DNA of 64,000 nt from Octopus vulgaris. Taxonomy: Eukaryota. The position numbers were made by a program, and so were the translations under genes. The DNA is taken from positions 32,550,001 to 32,614,000 of the forward strand of contig OX597825.1 of NCBI GenBank assembly GCA_951406725.2. Direction: 5' to 3'. Below the pieces are notes generated by a model. It had not been told where the DNA came from. It was given only the letters and a program-made list of their open reading frames with translations, and did not search any database. Positions 56,098 through 64,000 of this stretch are shown piece after piece. The stretch's first letter is position 1. The number at the start of each line of letters is the position of its first letter.

Positions 56098-56295
56098 CTG
56101 GGGCACCGCCTTGAAGAATTTAATCGACCGAATCGATCCCAACACTTATTTTTAAAAGCCTGGTAATTATTTTATTGGTCTGTTTCCTGAACTGCAAAAT
56201 TACGAGGATGTAAGCTCACGAACACCCGTTGTCAAATTTTGGTGGGGAACAAAATCAGACACGCATGCACACACACACAAACATGCACACACACA
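56098..56295 (-). mobile_element. Old SINE family B fragment at the Gypsy truncation point
   Basis: CTGGGGCACCGCCTT...CGAATCGATCCC similarity to the family B 3' half. Confidence 0.55.
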
Positions 56296-56413
56296 TATGA
56301 TTAACGTAGTATAATATGATGGCAAGAAAGGGATGCTGTCCTTGAGAGCAGCAGAGGGAAAAAAATAATAAAATTATGATGAAAAATAGATGATGATACT
56401 GATGATGTTGATA

Positions 56414-56470
<57 letters not shown>

Positions 56471-56751
56471 GCGACGACAGCAACGACGACGACGACGACG
56501 AAGAAGAAGAAGAAAAAAAAACAACAACAAGAATAGCAGCAATAAAAACAACAGCTCAAGAAGCAAAATAAAAAGGGAGAAGAAAATATGAACATGAGGA
56601 CTCGAAAGATTGAGATGGAGAAATATGAAGGGAGCGGGAGAGGATGATGAGAAAATTGGGCTGGGAAATAACAAACCAGATTCTATTAATGCAATAAAAT
56701 GTATGAAATAAGCGAACGTGAAAAACGTACCTATAGAAATCATATATTCTA

Positions 56752-56754
<3 letters not shown>

Positions 56755-56835
<81 letters not shown>

Positions 56836-56878
56836 GAGTTCAGTATGCGGCAAAGTAATTTATTTTACTAAGCCCTTT

Positions 56879-56924
<46 letters not shown>

Positions 56925-57624
56925 TGTATATATATGTATGTATATATATATTTATATATATATGTATATATATGTGTATATATGTATATGTATATAATTA
57001 TTATGTATATATATATATATGTATATATATAAGTATATATATATGTGTATATATATGTATGTATGTATATGTATATGTATATGTATATATATATGTATAT
57101 ATAAATGTATGTATATATATGTATATATATATACATATAAATATGCATATATATATATGTATATATATGTATATATGTATATATGTATATACATATATAT
57201 ATATGTATATATATATATGTATATATATATGTATGTGTATATATATATATATATATATACACATACATATATATATACATATATATATACATACATATAT
57301 ATATATATACATATATATATATGTATATACATATATATATGTATATACATATATATATACATATATACACATACATATATATACATATATATATGCATAT
57401 TTATATGTATATATATATACATATATATACATACATATATATATACATATATATATATATACATATACATATACATATACATACATACATATATATATAC
57501 ATATATATATATACTTATATATATACATATATATATACATATACATATATATATATACATATACATATATACACATATATATACATATATATATATATAT
57601 ACATACATATATATACATGAATAC

Positions 57625-57678
<54 letters not shown>

Positions 57679-57690
57679 ATATATATATAT
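56755..57690. repeat. Long compound TA-rich microsatellite
   Basis: (CT)n, (TA)n, TATG/CATA and (GA)n; one of dozens of such tracts in the window. Confidence 0.95.
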
Positions 57691-58157
57691 ACGTTGACAG
57701 ATAAGTAATTAGGCGAGAAGAGAGGGAGTTGGTTAGTATATTAAGATTGATTGAGAAGGACTACGAAGGCGATACGAACCACACCTGTTGAGAAAACGCA
57801 GAAACTTAGAAGGAAATGACAGCTACGGTTTTGTTTGTTGGCAGATGAGTGTATGTTAGTTCTTTTTTATTCTGTATGACTCATAGTGTATTGTACATGT
57901 ATTTGGTACACACAAACAGCTACACGTTTTCACACACACACACATATTCGGTAGAGATGGTGATATATATAAACTACAAAACAGAGAAATCAGCTCACAA
58001 AACCTTCCGAAGATGTCCCGAAGAAAATATCTTAACCCCGAAATATTGAAATAGGAGTTAAAATTACAAACCATTAACTTGTACTTTTTATATTTTGCAA
58101 CGTTTGGACTTTATATAAAAATGTATAGCAGTTGTATATATATATATATATATATAT

Positions 58158-58188
<31 letters not shown>

Positions 58189-58809
58189 CATACATACATA
58201 CATACATACATACATACATACATACATACATACATACATAATTCTGTATATGTATGTATATACATATACAGAATTATACAGCCACATACACGCACACATA
58301 TAGCTGATAGAACTGAACCTTTCTAACCAAAATCCCCTACGATTAACCTCAAAGTCCTTAAAACAAATTTCTCTTCTAGCTATTCTGTGCCGTGAATTCG
58401 CTCGTCTGAGTCTGACTTAAGCAGGATAAGTAAAACAATTATAAATAGACTTATCCGTCACTTTTCATGATCCGGTACTTCCTATGGAACTGATTGGCTT
58501 ATGTGTCTTAAAAATAATAAGAGCGTTATATTCTGACAATTTGACATAAATCGTTATTGTTTCTCAATCTTTTCGATACTTCTTAATAATCTGTTAATAT
58601 TCATTTTGAAAATCACTGACCTTTCAATAAAGGAATTTGATATATGTTTGGCTCGAAGAACCGTCATAGAGTTTAGCGGTAAATTTTGAACTGAAAGAAA
58701 AACTAAATAAAGAGAGCGATTTTTATATAACTATGGTGTCGAGAATTCACTAGAATTCTTATATGTTTACAAAGGCTAGATAAGCATCTCCAACTAGCAG
58801 GCCATGCTA

Positions 58810-58854
58810 CTCCAGACTGATGACGAGCAAAGGTTCAGAAACTAGTCTCTGGGG
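58810..58854 (+). ncRNA. Minimal type I hammerhead ribozyme, intact core
   Basis: CTCCAGA-CTGATGA-c-GAGC(AAAG)GTTC-a-GAAA-CTAG-TC-TCTGGGG; predicted cut at 58847|58848. Confidence 0.82.
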
Positions 58855-59082
58855 GCAGGGTTAGCTGGGTGGAGGTGCTTATCTCCCCCTTGTAAAAATA
58901 AGGACACAGGAAATGTGTCACGGCCGACAAGAAGCGTTGCTGCTTCCTAGGGCTAAATAGCAGTCGTGTGATTCTCTTCATGGGACTGTTACATTAAGTT
59001 GACTGTATAGAACTACTCTATCATACCACTATTGCTTATATCTCTCTGAGATATTTAGAAATGTAATATCTCTATTATATAA

Positions 59083-59150
<68 letters not shown>

Positions 59151-59709
59151 ATATATATACAGAGAGGGGAGAGAGAAAGAGAGAGAGAGAGAGGGAAGAG
59201 AGAAAGAGTTCAGCTAGTAGATTTAATAAACTTAATTTGAGATTTACAGTTTGGAATGTTATTAAGAGCAATCCAATTTGTTTTCCCTGCGAATAAAAGA
59301 ATGGATTTTTTTCTCTGCTGTTGAAACTGCAGTTACATCGTAGGCAGTCCACACAGGTTATAAGATATCTAATTCTAGCTATGTTTAGTCATGTGTATGC
59401 GCACGTTCCCCTTATACAGGTTTGGACTGCAGTCTACTTTCATCCGTGTGCGCTTGCGATCGTCTTCACAGAGTTTAGAGATTCACAGTTATTCGGCTAG
59501 AATATTTTCTATTATTATTTTCTTTCTCAGCTGACTGGTTTTTCATTTCTACGTCAAGAGAGAGAATTGTATTGCCGAAAATGTATATTATTTTCTAATT
59601 TCGTTTCGTTTGTGAACTGAAAGCATATAACATATATTATACATCTATTTATTTAAATTTCCTATCGTTTAGCTTTGTTTTTAATCATAAAATAATTATC
59701 ATTCGTATA

Positions 59710-59747
59710 TAACTACTATTTCGACCTAGTTGGTTTTCATCAGTTCA
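59710..59747 (-). ncRNA. Degenerate HHR-like motif
   Basis: CTGATGA-AA-ACC(AACTA)GGT-C-GAAA-TAGTA; stem I pairs poorly. Confidence 0.35.
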
Positions 59748-59841
59748 TCATAGTCGGTAATCAAGGGTTTCTAACCATCAAATTACATAAATTGCATTAT
59801 TAACAAAAGGCGAACGAGGGGAGAAAGTGATACATACATAT

Positions 59842-59908
<67 letters not shown>

Positions 59909-60005
59909 TACACATATATATATATGAGTATATATATATATATATATATAGATAGATATAGATATATACATGTATATATATATGTGTGTATATGTATATA
60001 TATAC

Positions 60006-60049
<44 letters not shown>

Positions 60050-60077
60050 ATGTATATATTTATATATATACATATAC

Positions 60078-60109
<32 letters not shown>

Positions 60110-60122
60110 ATATTTATATATA

Positions 60123-60178
<56 letters not shown>

Positions 60179-60190
60179 TTATATATATAC

Positions 60191-60244
<54 letters not shown>

Positions 60245-60570
60245 GTTTAGTAGAAGTATCAAAGTAACTCAAGGTCCGAGAGTTACATGGTTAAGTGCCA
60301 ATACACCGGACCATGTCTCTTCTATCTTCCCTTCTCTCCTACATCTCTTTCTCTGCCTCCATCTTTCTGTATGTATATACGTATTTAGATTCAAGCACAC
60401 ACACACACAACACACACATTCGGGTGATAAATTTTGCCAATATACTACATCTCCGCTCTGAGGTTTACTACTCTACATTTTCACATTTTGAATCACTATA
60501 ATGTTCAGTATACGGAATAACGTGGTACAATACAGCTTCAAGATATTAAAAAAAAATTAGGGTTAGTGTT

Positions 60571-61137
60571 AGGCGGCGAGCTGGCAGAATCGTCAGCAAG
60601 CCGGGTGAAATGCTTTGCAGTATTTCATCTGGCGTTACGTTCTGAGTTCAAATTCCGCCGAGGTCGACTTTGCCTTTCATCCTTTCGGGGTTGATTAAAT
60701 AAGTACTAGTTACGCATTGAGGTCGATGAAATCGACTCAATCCGTTTGTCTGTCCTTGTTTGTCCTCTCTGTGTTTAGCCCCTTGTGGGTAGGAAAGAAA
60801 TAGGTATCTCGTCTACCGGTCTACTGCTACGTTCTGAGTTCAAATTCCGCCGAGGTCGACATTAGCTTTCATCCTTTCGGAGTCGATTAAAGAAGTACCA
60901 GTTACGCACTGGGGTCGATATAATCGACTTAATCTGTTTGTCTGTCATTGTTCGTCCTCTCTGTGTGTAGCCCCTTGTGGGTAGTAAAGAAATAGGTATT
61001 TCGTCTACTGCTATGTCCTGAGTTCAAATTCTGCCGACATCGACTTAAATAAGTACCAGTTACGCACTGAGGTCGATGTAATCGACTTAGTCCCCTTGTT
61101 TGTCCCCTCTATGTTTAACCCCTTGTGGGGAAATAAG
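60571..61137 (+). mobile_element. SINE family A with triplicated 3' portion
   Basis: Full copy at 60571-60801 followed by two head-less tandem copies, the third internally deleted. Confidence 0.8.
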
Positions 61138-61630
61138 GAATTAGATATTTAAAAAAACTGTTTTATTGTTCGTAGAGCATATCATATTTTTTGTCATGGA
61201 ATACTTTAAAATGTTCTTACCGGGTGAACGTTAGAAAACAATGTATACTTCAAGTTACGTACTCTCAAATATATAAGCGTTTTCTCTTGTAACTTTATAT
61301 AATATTGTTATTTAATATAATACTGGTTGGTGTTCACTTTCAAATAAAATACATGGTCATTTCATTTCTTTCTGTTGTAGCTTGAGAATTGATAAAATGC
61401 GAAATTCTGAATTGCAATTTGCAAGAATTCAATTTGGTATAAATTTAATTCTTTAGCTCTTGTTTATTCTTTTGAGTCCTTTTTCACGCTTATGTATACA
61501 TATGTTATATAGATGCATATGTATGTGTGTATGTGTATATATACACACTCACAGAGAGGCATCATTTATAAATATAACATCCATACACACCACACATTTA
61601 TATGGATGTATATATATGTGTGCATATGAG

Positions 61631-61727
<97 letters not shown>

Positions 61728-62026
61728 GTGTGTATATATATATATATATAAACATATGTACATATACATATCTATGGATATACTTATGCATACATAACGC
61801 ACACATACGCACGAACATTCAAACACTTATATAATCGAGTCTCTATTTATAAACGCAATTATATTTCTATATTAATGTCTGTATCTATGTTTGTGTTTTG
61901 TGCAGTGAGCGTCTTTGCATGTACTTATGTATGTGCGTGCCTGCTTTTTTTTCTAGTGCGGTGCCTGCTTTTTTTTTCTAATGCGGTGCATATATAGGGC
62001 GAGTTGGATTCATATATGTATGTATA

Positions 62027-62094
<68 letters not shown>

Positions 62095-62122
62095 TACACT
62101 GATTCGTTTTGCTCCGAATTAT

Positions 62123-62157
<35 letters not shown>

Positions 62158-62211
62158 CAAATTTGCAGAAAACAATACGTATACATATACATATATACAT
62201 ATATATATGTA

Positions 62212-62245
<34 letters not shown>

Positions 62246-62724
62246 GTGTGTGTGCATCCATGTGCGTATATGAACATGTATGTAAATATCTTTGTGCGTG
62301 TATGTGTGTGTGAGTACCGATTACAATGCAAAATCGATAACTGTGCTAAATGATTCGTAAAACTGAAGTTGACGGCAGGTCAGGTTTATTGTTAGAGCCA
62401 AACTATGAACAGTGAACGAAAAGGAAGGAGAAAAGGGGAAAAAAGAGGGACACAGAGATAAAAAGGGGGCGAAAGGAAACAGAGAGGAGCAGCAAGGAAA
62501 TTGAGAATGAACCAAACAGACAAATACATTGATAGAATAACTGATATGTGCATAATATAGATAGAAAAGCACATATATATATTTTCTGTATTTATATATA
62601 TGGACCTATGTGTGAGTGTTTGTGTGTTTTCTCCCTCTCGCTCCCTCTCTCTTCCTCTCATCTCCTCTCTCTCTCTCTCTCCCAATGCGCGCTCGCATAA
62701 ATGAGAATGGAATGTATTTTTAAA

Positions 62725-62767
<43 letters not shown>

Positions 62768-62948
62768 GTGTATACAGACACACCCACACACAAATATATA
62801 CATATATATATATATTTATATATATATATATACACATGTATATATATATATATATATACATATACATATCTATGTATGTATATTATCATATATATGTGTC
62901 TCTATCTATATATACATCTATATATATATACATCTATATATATATACA

Positions 62949-62997
<49 letters not shown>

Positions 62998-63311
62998 GTA
63001 TACAGAGATGGATAGATAGGTAGATAGATAGATAAAGAGATAAAGAGAAAGAGAGAAGGAAAGCGAGAGGGAGAGATAAGGATTACATAGAGGGATAGAG
63101 AATGCTAGGAAGAAAGAGAAAGGCAAGTGCAGGAGAGTCCGAGAGATTAGTTGTGAAGATGTGCGATGGTGGGGAAGAGGCGGGGTAGAGGAATGGTGTG
63201 GTAGGAGTAAATGAGCATAATTATGAATGAAAAGGAAAGAAGTGTAATTGGTGCCAGCGTAGGCGGCAATTGTAGAAGGGTAGGGAGAAGAATAAGAAGA
63301 ACGATAACGGT

Positions 63312-63378
<67 letters not shown>

Positions 63379-63388
63379 GGTGGTGGTG

Positions 63389-63428
<40 letters not shown>

Positions 63429-63442
63429 TAGTAGTAGTAGTT

Positions 63443-63488
<46 letters not shown>

Positions 63489-63674
63489 GTGATGATGATG
63501 GTGGTGCTGGCGGCGGTGGTGGTGGTGGTGGTAATGATGATGATGATGATGATGACGAGGAGGAGGAGGAGGAGGAGGAGGAAGGGAAGGGAAATGGAAT
63601 GGCAAAGGGAAGAAATGGTAGAGTTGTGAATCCTAAACGACAGAATAGGGACAGAGAAAGGGAAAAAGAAGTAG

Positions 63675-63732
<58 letters not shown>

Positions 63733-63882
63733 GAATTAAAAGCAAGCGAATGAAATATAGGTAGAAAATAATGAACGAACGAAAGTGAATCAGGAAGGAA
63801 AATAAGGAATCAGAAAAAAGTCCAAGAAGGAGAGATTCGGAAAATGAAAAAAAAAATATAAAATCAGGTGAGCTAAAGTTCA

Positions 63883-63948
<66 letters not shown>

Positions 63949-64000
63949 CAGTAGTGGCAGTGGCAACAGCAGCAGCAGCAGCAGTAGTTGTAGTAGTTGT
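63312..64000. repeat. Trinucleotide and (GAAA)n microsatellites
   Basis: (TAG)n, (GGT)n, (GAT)n, (GAG)n, (GAAA)n and (AGC)n runs. Confidence 0.95.

Noticed and set aside
56699-57708. Long ORFs (up to 315 aa) and the many YI/HT/CV-rich ORFs throughout
   Set aside because: Translations of stop-free microsatellites.

Overview
AT-rich, microsatellite-saturated eukaryotic DNA with no confidently identifiable host gene. The repeat landscape suggests a cephalopod (Octopus-like) genome; this is an inference. Most ORF-track entries are microsatellite translations. Recognisable content is transposable elements: an internally deleted Helitron with both termini, other Helitron ends, mariner/Tc1 relics, a decayed Gypsy element, CR1/L2-like and RTE LINE fragments, tRNA-derived SINEs and Penelope-like element (PLE) relics. 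The main unexplained signal is a dense set of minimal type I hammerhead ribozymes (HHRs) from several unrelated families. Five have intact cores and about ten are variant or degenerate. They lie in (TA)n-flanked fold-back or tandem-plus-inverted units. One is a non-coding 593-bp tandem whose two HHRs would release a 593-nt monomer RNA (retrozyme/pLTR-like). A separate ~750-bp A-B-A-B(rc)-A(rc) imperfect fold-back at 51.5-52.2 kb is also unexplained. All calls are by eye, with no database searches, and boundaries of decayed elements are approximate.
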